Source: a virus
Taxonomy: Duplodnaviria; Caudoviricetes
Length of the DNA stretch: 58,507 bases
IMG/VR virus record: IMGVR_UViG_3300031669_000032
Span: 1 to 58,507 of that record
Direction: 5' to 3' (one strand)
Numbering within the stretch: position 1 is the stretch's first letter; each line of letters opens with the position of its first letter. This document shows positions 8,983 to 16,680 of the stretch, one piece after another. Under the pieces are notes generated by a model. That model was not told the DNA's origin. It was given only the letters and a program-made list of their open reading frames with translations, and did not search any database. A program made the position numbers and the translations under genes.

Positions 8983-9644
8983 AATTTCTTACCTCCCAGT
9001 AAATTGAACCTAAACTCTTCCCGCCTATCCCTGCCCTTCATTTCCAAAATAAGGGCCTGCTCTTTGATGCGGGATAAGGCAGTATCTATGTCAATCTTAT
9101 CGTATGGATTAAGATTCATTGTGATAATAATTTTCCGGGCTGCCAGGCGCTCAAATAGATCATTGAACTGCTTGACGAAGTCCGTCGAGGTTGTCTCCCT
9201 TGAACACCAAAAGTCATCAAATATGACAAAATCTGCAGTTCTAATATCTTCAATTTTACCTTGATTCTCTGTCGTCTCATACCCGCCGCGCTTCGATAGG
9301 TAAATATTCCTTTCAAGCTCGGTTGTCTTAATGAATTCAACATCCCGATAGGTCCCGGTTTTCGCTGCCCACATATTCATGAGGTAATACGCAAGCCTGG
9401 TCTTACCCCTGCCGGTTAAGCCATACAATACCAGGGTTGTTAACTCGGAGTAATCGGTATCAATGAACTTTTCAGCTATCATTTCCCAGTCATTCTTATA
9501 TCCGGTATTATCCCAGGGGCCCCGGTATTTCGGTGGGATCATTTTATTCCTGATCCTTTCTCTTTGGCAATCGCAGTGCTTGGCATAAGGCCTGCCGTCC
9601 TTCTCATACTGAATCCAACCGGTGCCGTTGCATTTGCAGATCAT
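8979..9644 (-). CDS. DnaC/IstB-like helicase loader ATPase
   Basis: N-terminal CKCNGTGW...CDC; Walker A GLTGRGKT; Walker B VIFDD; SRI and G.DRR motifs. Confidence 0.9.
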   Translation of the reverse strand: MICKCNGTGWIQYEKDGRPYAKHCDCQRERIRNKMIPPKYRGPWDNTGYKNDWEMIAEKFIDTDYSELTTLVLYGLTGRGKTRLAYYLMNMWAAKTGTYRDVEFIKTTELERNIYLSKRGGYETTENQGKIEDIRTADFVIFDDFWCSRETTSTDFVKQFNDLFERLAARKIIITMNLNPYDKIDIDTALSRIKEQALILEMKGRDRREEFRFNLLGGKKL

Positions 9645-10453
9645 GTTGGTTTCCCCGATGAGTTGCGGAAGTGGTCGAATTGTTGGTTGGTTTTCTTTTT
9701 ATTCCAGTCTACCATTTTTTCAAAATACCCATTCAGGTTATCTATTGAAATGAACACATCTACATTTTCAAATACCTTATTCCATCGTTTCGCAAAAACA
9801 AAACCCCAGTTTTTCGCTTTACATTCTTGAAAGTATAAATTTACGCGGCCTGCAAAGTCATTAATTTCTATCTCCTGCTTTTTTAATATCTTTAACGTCT
9901 CTTTGAATGTTTTATCGTTCGTAATTGGAATGCCGGTTAACTCTTGAAATTTTGTTTTTTGTTGCTCTAATTTATCTTGAGAATCTCCTTTACTTTTCTT
10001 TCCTTTACTTTCCTTTACTATACTTGTGGGATTAATGTTTACATTATGCCCATTCAGTGGGGTTTTTGTTGACAATAATCCTATTAACTGGGGTTTCGTG
10101 ACAACATTAACCCCTCTCCGTTGGTAAACTGCTGACAAATTGTCAATAAAATTTTGACTTCTAATAATTCCCCCCCTCCATAATTCACTATCAATTGCAT
10201 CTACCTCAGCTAATGTGTCGAGTATTTTCTTACACATCCCCTCATCCAATAGAGATTTGGCAAGAATGAATCTCCATGTAGGTTTATCTCTACAATCAAT
10301 AAAATGATTTTCTGTACTCCCTAATAGTTCGAGGACTTTAAACCAAAACGCGTATCCATTATTACCATATTCAGATTCAAGGATATAAATGGTTTTCCCA
10401 TTTGCTGTGTAATGCGGGAAATACTCAACTATTGCTTTTTTTGGTCTTGACAT
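9641..10453 (-). CDS. Phage replication initiator (DUF4373/Lin1244-like N terminus, recalled)
   Basis: MSRPKK..VEYFPH...YG..GYAFWFK.LE.L; Lys/Ser-rich linker; adjacent to the loader. Confidence 0.85.
   Translation of the reverse strand: MSRPKKAIVEYFPHYTANGKTIYILESEYGNNGYAFWFKVLELLGSTENHFIDCRDKPTWRFILAKSLLDEGMCKKILDTLAEVDAIDSELWRGGIIRSQNFIDNLSAVYQRRGVNVVTKPQLIGLLSTKTPLNGHNVNINPTSIVKESKGKKSKGDSQDKLEQQKTKFQELTGIPITNDKTFKETLKILKKQEIEINDFAGRVNLYFQECKAKNWGFVFAKRWNKVFENVDVFISIDNLNGYFEKMVDWNKKKTNQQFDHFRNSSGKPT
10026..10114. repeat. Putative replication-origin iterons inside the initiator gene
   Basis: Three imperfect palindromic GGG..TGT..ACA..CC units starting 10026, 10057 and 10088 (31-bp period), next to a strand-biased tract at about 9985-10020. 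Confidence 0.55.
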
Positions 10454-10471
10454 TTTTTCTCACTTTACTAT

Positions 10472-10684
10472 TTAAGTAATCATTAATCTAAATTCTTTTA
10501 CCATATTTACTCTAACTTCCAAATCAACAAAACCCCTGCGGCAAGCACCGCAAAGCATCATATATTCAGGGTATGGACAGTTCGGCAACTCATCTTTAAG
10601 TGTGTTGAAGTATGGGGATAGTTCTCCACTATCACGGCACACCATACATTTTTTTGTATCTGGTTTTTTAATTTTCTTTCTCAT
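10472..10684 (-). CDS. Zn-finger hypothetical protein
   Basis: CMVC...LCGAC. Confidence 0.55.
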   Translation of the reverse strand: MRKKIKKPDTKKCMVCRDSGELSPYFNTLKDELPNCPYPEYMMLCGACRRGFVDLEVRVNMVKEFRLMIT

Positions 10685-10941
10685 AGTTTATCTCCTGACC
10701 GGAATGTCGCGATACCAGTTTCCTCCAACCAACAACGATAACAAAATGTGGTTAATTCATCGGCCAAATATTCCCATCTTTCTAATCCCAGAAAATTCTT
10801 ATAGTGAATCATACCAGTATTACTTTTGCCACAAATCTGGCAGGTATAATTATCTCTTTTTAAAATTTTGTTATTTTTTTTCTGCCAATTTGATTTTTTG
10901 GATATATCAGGTAGGACTTTCTTTCTATTCTTTCTCTTCAT
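10681..10941 (-). CDS. HNH-like protein (degenerate)
   Basis: W.KK...ILKRDNYTCQICG...IHY...L.T.C.RC. Confidence 0.7.
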   Translation of the reverse strand: MKRKNRKKVLPDISKKSNWQKKNNKILKRDNYTCQICGKSNTGMIHYKNFLGLERWEYLADELTTFCYRCWLEETGIATFRSGDKL

Positions 10942-11050
10942 GCGGTCTCCTAAAAAAATAAACCTGGGAACAGGGGATTGAGACCGCGAAGTTTAAATCC
11001 CCTGACAGGGTTCCCAGATTATTATTATTGCTTTTTTTGGTTCGCGGTCT
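10942..11050 (-). ncRNA. Structured leader with anti-RBS loop (C4/CI-like arrangement)
   Basis: Hairpin 10964-11017 whose loop TTCGCGGTCTC is complementary to 11041-11050 and to the RBS region 10942-10949. Confidence 0.6.
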
Positions 11051-11065
11051 TTTTATCATAATCTT

Positions 11066-11094
11066 ATTATGCGCTAATTCTTTCATTTTGTCAA
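11066..11094 (-). promoter_or_regulatory. sigma70 promoter for the replication operon
   Basis: TTGACA-17-CATAAT. Confidence 0.75.
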
Positions 11095-11103
11095 GTTTTT
11101 TTA

Positions 11104-11580
11104 TTAAATCCTATAATTTATTTCTTTTCCGATTAGTTTCAATCGTTTGACGGCAATAGTTCCTTCTGGATAATAACCAAATGGTTCCTGTGATATGGTT
11201 CCTTCGGCGAGCCTATCGTAGTTACAAAATTCTGGCAATTGCACACGCTCTTCTATTTCGCACTTAAATAAATATCCTCCGTTATTTAAAGCAAAAAGCT
11301 TTGCCTCGTAAAGCACATTAAAGCACATTAAATGATGATCGCTTTTAAATAACCATTCCGGTGCGCTGGCCCATTCATTTATGGTGTAGTTAACTCTTGA
11401 TTCACCATAAGCATCAATTGAAGAATAAACTTTACCATACTGCGCTTTTGCTACAACCTTATAATATCCGTCTCCATAATGATTTTTTTCTGCCAATTCT
11501 ATGATTTTTTTGTGTAGTCTTTCGTTTTCCTTTTTAAGCTCTTTTATTTCTCGATCTTTTTTAAAAATTACATCTATCAT
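11104..11580 (-). CDS. Hypothetical protein
   Basis: 158-aa ORF with GAGG RBS. Confidence 0.65.
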   Translation of the reverse strand: MIDVIFKKDREIKELKKENERLHKKIIELAEKNHYGDGYYKVVAKAQYGKVYSSIDAYGESRVNYTINEWASAPEWLFKSDHHLMCFNVLYEAKLFALNNGGYLFKCEIEERVQLPEFCNYDRLAEGTISQEPFGYYPEGTIAVKRLKLIGKEINYRI

Positions 11581-11746
11581 TTTTTTGCCTCTATTTTGTC
11601 AAGTCTTTTATTCTTTTTTTGTAAGCTTTCTCTCGCTCTTTCTCACTTAGTTTTTTAAGTTTCTTAAGTTCACTCTTACTAAAAAGCTCTCCCAAAAGGA
11701 ATTCAAGAAATAGGTATTCGGAGTTTGAAACTTCTTTTTCCATGGG

Positions 11747-11941
11747 TCAATCCTTTTCCAGAATCAAGTCAAGATATTTTCTCCAACAAGTATAATTGCA
11801 ATCTGGCTCATCTATTCCATATGTGCACTCTGCCTCGCAGTAACTATCCGGTGGGTTCCGGTCTCCTTCCAAGCACTTGCAAAATTCATCATCTGTCATG
11901 ACTAATAATTTTAGAAATTCTTTATACTCTGATCTTTTCAT
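11747..11941 (-). CDS. Cys-rich hypothetical protein
   Basis: AGGAG RBS. Confidence 0.55.
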   Translation of the reverse strand: MKRSEYKEFLKLLVMTDDEFCKCLEGDRNPPDSYCEAECTYGIDEPDCNYTCWRKYLDLILEKD

Positions 11942-11942
11942 T

Positions 11943-12377
11943 TTATTTTTCTCCTATTTTAATGGTTTTTTGTTCAATTTCCGGTATTGCTTTATTTTCT
12001 ACATGCCACCGGAAATGGCATTTCTGGCATAGCCAGGTAACCTCAAGAGGTTTATTGTAATCATTATGATGAGATTGTACCTCTCGCCTGCCGTCCTGAA
12101 ACTTCCCATCATTCCCGCATACCTGGCAGGGCTCCGGGATCAAGTCCCCGCGCTTGATTGCCGCTTCTGTTATATCATGAACGCGTGCGCTGGCCAGTGT
12201 ACCCCGGTAGAAACTGTTGGCTTTGCCATACAGGCTCTTACCTCTAAACTTGACCCCTCTACGCCTTAACGCCCTGAACATCGCCTGCCTGGTAATTCTG
12301 AAGCGTTTCGCAACTTTAGCGATTGAAAGGCCGCCGTTGTACAATTTTACCGCACTTTGATAATTTTTTCTTAACAT
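11943..12377 (-). CDS. HTH + HNH endonuclease
   Basis: GLSIAKVAKRFRITRQAM helix-turn-helix; CQVCG...HHNDY.KPLEV.WLC.KCH..WH. Confidence 0.85.
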   Translation of the reverse strand: MLRKNYQSAVKLYNGGLSIAKVAKRFRITRQAMFRALRRRGVKFRGKSLYGKANSFYRGTLASARVHDITEAAIKRGDLIPEPCQVCGNDGKFQDGRREVQSHHNDYNKPLEVTWLCQKCHFRWHVENKAIPEIEQKTIKIGEK

Positions 12378-13029
12378 ATTATCCCCTTTAGATATGCACC
12401 CCACTGCTCCGCCATTGCTTTTGCAATTCCTGGGAAGGTCCTGCTTCTAAGCCTTGCCCGGTCTTTGTTATATCCGAGACTCTCACACCAATGAATTGGG
12501 TTACCAGCTTTTTGCCGGTCTTAATGTAATTGATGGGATCCGGCTTGCTTTTGTCATGAATTCTATATTGTAACGGCGGTAGATTCTTCAACCATAAACA
12601 CGTTCGCTTCATGTACTTATCCCCAAAGTACCAGGGATGAATAATTTGATCTGGTTCTCGGTAATGAGAACTCACATGCCCCACCGGATTCTCTATGCAG
12701 ATATACTTGATTCCGGAATTCCAGAGCATCATAAAAAATATAAGAGCATCCTTTCTTTTTTGTTTCCTTACTACCGCAGCGGTGCCGTATTCTTTTTCAT
12801 TAAACCAGCGATTGCCCACATTACTTAAGTAAGTACACGGAGGAAATCCGATTATCATATCCCATGATTTATCGATGTGATTCAGTACATCGTCTTTGAT
12901 ATGCCACTCCGGGTGTCCACCGCTGCAGTCCTGGGTATCACAAGAAAAGGCCGTAAACACTAATTTTCTGAATTCTATGGTTACGGCCTGGGACTTTTCA
13001 CAGGCGGTTAATATTCTCGTTTCGCTCAT
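12371..13029 (-). pseudogene. C5-cytosine DNA methyltransferase, frameshifted at an A5 run
   Basis: ACE.S, SCD, FPPCTYL, IENP and K.TCLWLK motifs; the conserved tail RSRTFPGIAKAMAEQWG lies in the -1 frame after 12509-12513. Confidence 0.8.
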
Positions 13030-13271
13030 TTCGTGCTTTTTGAGAATTCCCATACCAGTACACCGAAGAAAACGACTCCAATTGCCACGGCCGCTATAGG
13101 AGCGACCCAGAAAAATAACCGATAATGGCCGGGATCCTCGAAAACAATAGAACTTATTGCTCCGGCAAAAACCCCGCTGCAGCCGAGCATGAGCCAGAAG
13201 GTCGCCATTTTTCCGACCCGGTAAAAGATGATTGCGGCAATTAATGCCACTAATGCGATTGCGATTTTCAT
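13026..13271 (-). CDS. Small multi-pass membrane protein
   Basis: Three hydrophobic segments; AAGGAG RBS. Confidence 0.65.
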   Translation of the reverse strand: MKIAIALVALIAAIIFYRVGKMATFWLMLGCSGVFAGAISSIVFEDPGHYRLFFWVAPIAAVAIGVVFFGVLVWEFSKSTK

Positions 13272-13299
13272 TTTATTCTCCTTAAGTTTAATTTTTTCT

Positions 13300-13515
13300 C
13301 TACCACAGCCACCAAATCGTTTTGTATGCCAGGTAAATAGCCAGACCATAAGATGCTGTAAGCGATCTAATCGAGTTGCGTTTTATTGCTTTTCTCGATA
13401 TGCTTTTGCGGGAAAAGTAACCACTATAGTTAAGGAGTTTATCGAACACCCACATTATAATCTGTTGGTAGAATTCCCCAAGACACATAAGGATGAAAAT
13501 TTTTAGTACTATCAT
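13300..13515 (-). CDS. Hypothetical membrane protein
   Basis: AAGGAG RBS. Confidence 0.55.
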   Translation of the reverse strand: MIVLKIFILMCLGEFYQQIIMWVFDKLLNYSGYFSRKSISRKAIKRNSIRSLTASYGLAIYLAYKTIWWLW

Positions 13516-13553
13516 TTTAGTTCTCCTTTACTTTAATTTTTTAGTACTACATC

Positions 13554-13817
13554 ACCCCGGCCAGAAAGGTAAAAGAAAAGATGACCGGGGCTTTTTGTTT
13601 CAGTATCGTATGCCCGGCCCAATGCAAGCGACCGGACACACTCCATATAACTGTTAGAAATTTCACGCCCTACTCCCGGCAGGGTCATTGCGTTAACCTT
13701 CCCGGTGTAACGGGTTGCTTATTAACAGCATGGTCACTTCAGCACCTCCTCGAATAAAATTGCGTTGTGAGATACCAGGACGCGGGCCAGGAGGTTAGGG
13801 CACCGCGCCCCAATATC
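13554..13817 (-). ncRNA. Candidate structured ncRNA cluster
   Basis: Intergenic, GC-rich; stems 13554-13591, 13608-13641, 13643-13733 (multibranch) and 13771-13817; G-U pairs favour the minus strand. Confidence 0.6.
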
Positions 13818-13837
13818 ATGAAAATTATTGTAGTAAT

Positions 13838-14059
13838 TCATATTGATATAGTCTTAAGGCAAATCCAGAACGCAAGTGCTACGACCAAAATACCCGGTAA
13901 CCAGCAATGCCAGATATATTCAAGAAAAGTCTCCGGAATGTCAATTATCGTAATCTTGATAGCTGATTTCTGTTTACCGACCTCCTTTTTAATCGGCTTC
14001 TTTGCAGCAAGTGAAAAAATGTAAATGATTATTTTCTGCAGCACGTTACCTGTCCTCAT
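13838..14059 (-). CDS. Hypothetical protein with C-terminal TM helix
   Basis: ORF; start uncertain. Confidence 0.45.
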   Translation of the reverse strand: MRTGNVLQKIIIYIFSLAAKKPIKKEVGKQKSAIKITIIDIPETFLEYIWHCWLPGILVVALAFWICLKTISI

Positions 14060-14234
14060 GCTTACATTGCTCGCAAATAATATCGTAATTTTCACATTGG
14101 AAACACATCCAATATGTTTTAAATCGGCACACCGGGCATTCCGCATCCCCATCAGGAGTAGACCTTAATGGTTCTACTTCATTATGACACCTGGGGCAGG
14201 TGATGCAACTTTTCTTGATATAAAAACTTCTCAT
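14046..14234 (-). CDS. Zn-ribbon hypothetical protein
   Basis: Four CxxC pairs; CAGGAGGT RBS. Confidence 0.65.
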   Translation of the reverse strand: MRSFYIKKSCITCPRCHNEVEPLRSTPDGDAECPVCRFKTYWMCFQCENYDIICEQCKHEDR

Positions 14235-14252
14235 GTTACCTCCTGAATAATT

Positions 14253-14356
14253 CCCCGCCTGCCCGGTATTCCGGGAATATCAAGCGGGGCTGTAATAATA
14301 ATGCAACCTGGCGGGGGAGAGTTAAACTTAGGAGGTTTATTTGATTTCCCGCCAGG
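14253..14356 (-). ncRNA. Two hairpins, one with an anti-SD loop
   Basis: CCTGGCGGG/CCCGCCAGG stem enclosing TAAAC-CTCCTAA-GTTTA; second stem CCCCGCTTG/CAGGCGGGG. Confidence 0.55.
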
Positions 14357-14378
14357 GTGAATATTAAGATATATAATT

Positions 14379-14615
14379 TCATTTTGCGGTTCTTATATAT
14401 ACGAATGCCGTTACAATTGCAAGCATGGCAAAAACAAAACACAGGACGTACAGCAGGAATTCGCCAGGCGTTTCTGGCACCAGGTACTTGAATTCAAAGG
14501 CTGTGATTCCGCCGATCTTACATTTTTTTTTCGGCGGTGCATCATGCTTTGATCTTGATATTATTATTAAAATTGATAGCAATGCCTTATTTATCATCTC
14601 ATCGATAAGCTTCAT
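14379..14615 (-). CDS. Hypothetical membrane protein
   Basis: GGAGG RBS; C-terminal TM helix. Confidence 0.55.
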   Translation of the reverse strand: MKLIDEMINKALLSILIIISRSKHDAPPKKKCKIGGITAFEFKYLVPETPGEFLLYVLCFVFAMLAIVTAFVYIRTAK

Positions 14616-15043
14616 ACTTCCTCCATGACAATATGTATTGATGGATTTTTGGCCCATCGTTTCGATAGACCATCAATTGCAACTATATCCTCATCGTCGC
14701 CCATAACCAGGTCCTTCAGCACGTCCAGGAGTGGCTTATTGAGATTGTCTCCCAGGTCTGGCTTAATATCCCGGTACTGTTCCCACAGTGCCAGTTTTTT
14801 GGTGTTGAAGTAATAGGTCAATTCTGTTATTCTTATCGGGCCGGATAGCTTCTTGAACTTCTCACCGGTCTCTCTCTCTTGCTTGCGAATCTCATTTATT
14901 ACCCGGTATTTCAATTTATCCTGGTAGGCTCTTTTCTGTGGGGATTTGAATACATATGGTTTTCCGGTTTTACTCCGTGCAATCCCGGCCCGCTGAAATG
15001 ACCGTGGCCTAATATTTAAATACAATTCAATTTTATTTTTCAT
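14612..15043 (-). CDS. rusA: RusA-like Holliday junction resolvase
   Basis: KPDLGDNLNKPLLDVL...DD..IV motif. Confidence 0.85.
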   Translation of the reverse strand: MKNKIELYLNIRPRSFQRAGIARSKTGKPYVFKSPQKRAYQDKLKYRVINEIRKQERETGEKFKKLSGPIRITELTYYFNTKKLALWEQYRDIKPDLGDNLNKPLLDVLKDLVMGDDEDIVAIDGLSKRWAKNPSIHIVMEEV

Positions 15044-15258
15044 TTTATCATCATTTGAAGATAAATCGTATTATTGTTTCCGGACTCATGATGCAATTCT
15101 CCATGAAATGACCAACCGTTTCTCAATGCTTCGTTGATTTCCCCTTCTAAATCCTGCGGTGACAATGCTGATAATAGCAAGCATTTATATATTTGACAAT
15201 CGGCTTCTAATACCCTGTGGACACCGCATTGCCCTATAATATCAGTTGTTTTTTTCAT
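15040..15258 (-). CDS. DUF1737-like small protein (recalled)
   Basis: L...INEAL..GW...G......YLQ.M.K. Confidence 0.6.
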   Translation of the reverse strand: MKKTTDIIGQCGVHRVLEADCQIYKCLLLSALSPQDLEGEINEALRNGWSFHGELHHESGNNNTIYLQMMIK

Positions 15259-15259
15259 A

Positions 15260-15445
15260 TCATCTCCTGTTTATTTTTCTTGATTTTCTGGCAATTTTTC
15301 TTCTTGTTTTTTGATGCTGTTTTTGTTTTGCTTCTTTGCGGGTGAATTGGTATATAGGTTTAGTGTGCTGCGGCGGTACCACACCATCATTCATCGTCAA
15401 AGCTTCCGAAGCATAAGCGAGCCAATCGTTTGGTTTATTTTTCAT
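15260..15445 (-). CDS. Basic hypothetical protein
   Basis: C-terminal RRKIARKSRKINRR, common in small phage proteins. Confidence 0.6.
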   Translation of the reverse strand: MKNKPNDWLAYASEALTMNDGVVPPQHTKPIYQFTRKEAKQKQHQKTRRKIARKSRKINRR

Positions 15446-15728
15446 TAAATTCACCCTTCATTTTTTCCAAATTTTCCTTAGCTTCCCTCAGATACTCTTC
15501 CGCCATGGTCACGCAGTGCTGTTGAGCTTCATACTCATTAGTGAACATGGTATTTGGTATCGTTATGGTTTCGGGCCGACTGAATTCATTCGTCTCATCC
15601 CATCGCGTAACGGTGCACATTGCTTCGACATGATTAATATACCAGACCGTAAATCTATTCACTTCGGTCAATGTAAATGGCGAATAATAAATTGTACCTA
15701 CTCTTAAATCCTCTTTTTCTATTTTCAT
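15435..15728 (-). CDS. Hypothetical protein, paralog B1
   Basis: MKI...L.VG.I.Y...T.V....V N terminus shared with B2 and B3. Confidence 0.7.
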   Translation of the reverse strand: MKIEKEDLRVGTIYYSPFTLTEVNRFTVWYINHVEAMCTVTRWDETNEFSRPETITIPNTMFTNEYEAQQHCVTMAEEYLREAKENLEKMKGEFNEK

Positions 15729-16042
15729 TTTTCACTTCCGTTTTCGATAGCCATTTCCATTTTCCGCTTTTTGTAATTTTCAGTTGCTGCCTTTGTGTAC
15801 TTTCGCAACTCTTCAAATGTATGCTCCCACGCTTCTGATTCAGTACTGAATATATTATCCATGTCACAGGTTAGTATACCAAAAGGCCGTTCACAGACGA
15901 ACGTTTTACCATTTTTGTCCTGGACAGATACCTTTATTTCCCCATCATCAACATTGTCTACCCAGTATTTTTCTATTGCCGTAAACCCATAAGGCCTATA
16001 AAAAATATCACCGATTTTTAAGTTTTCGGCTTTTAATTTCAT
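15725..16042 (-). CDS. Hypothetical protein, paralog B2
   Basis: NLKIGDIFY...IF.TE.EAW...L.KYT.....NY..R..E. Confidence 0.7.
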   Translation of the reverse strand: MKLKAENLKIGDIFYRPYGFTAIEKYWVDNVDDGEIKVSVQDKNGKTFVCERPFGILTCDMDNIFSTESEAWEHTFEELRKYTKAATENYKKRKMEMAIENGSEK

Positions 16043-16344
16043 TTTATACCTCCACCCATTTTTAAATATTTTGCCAATTCACAACCCCATGCCCGCTGTA
16101 TTTTGCTTTGATTATGAATGTCCGCCACAGCTAAGGCGCTACCTATAGCCTTCATGAAACTGCCGCCATAACTTGCAATCCCTCTTGTGATTATCGCTAT
16201 ATCATCCGGATAATATGGCATTCTGGGAGGGGCAGCGAATCCGGTACGTGAACCGCATTTCGGACATTTAAAGACAGTCTCTCCCCCTTCATTTAATCCA
16301 TCCGGTTCTTTTCTCTTGTTGCAGTCTACACAATATACCATCAT
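16039..16344 (-). CDS. Zn ribbon + conserved phage domain protein
   Basis: CVDC/CPKC then YGGSF..A...A...AD..N..KI..AW. Confidence 0.7.
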   Translation of the reverse strand: MMVYCVDCNKRKEPDGLNEGGETVFKCPKCGSRTGFAAPPRMPYYPDDIAIITRGIASYGGSFMKAIGSALAVADIHNQSKIQRAWGCELAKYLKMGGGIK

Positions 16345-16664
16345 TTTATACCTCCACCTTCATCAAAAATTATTTCTATTCTGCGTTGCTGGTAATTTCT
16401 TATTGTTTCGTTTGTGTATTTAAATAGTTTCTCAAGTGCATCCACCCACACCTCTTTTTCACTATCAAATATATCCCACACAAACACCCTAAACACCTCT
16501 CCATTAACAAACTTTTCTTTATCTTTGCTCCACTCAGACGTTCTCACTACAGGGCAATCGGTTTTGCCGACGATCGAATCTACCCGATATTTTCTTACTT
16601 CCGTAAATGCGTTGGTCATATAAAAAATATCTCCAACCTTTAAATTTTTGACTTCTATTTTCAT
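16341..16664 (-). CDS. Hypothetical protein, paralog B3
   Basis: NLKVGDIFY...IFDSE.E.W...L.KYT.....NY..R..E; CAGGAGGT RBS. Confidence 0.7.
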   Translation of the reverse strand: MKIEVKNLKVGDIFYMTNAFTEVRKYRVDSIVGKTDCPVVRTSEWSKDKEKFVNGEVFRVFVWDIFDSEKEVWVDALEKLFKYTNETIRNYQQRRIEIIFDEGGGIK

Positions 16665-16680
16665 TTTAAACCTCCTGTTG

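Noticed and set aside
13643-13733. SAM-I riboswitch, twister or hammerhead assignment
   Set aside because: Only fragments (AGCAACC, GTTACA, TGA...GAAA) match; full cores are absent
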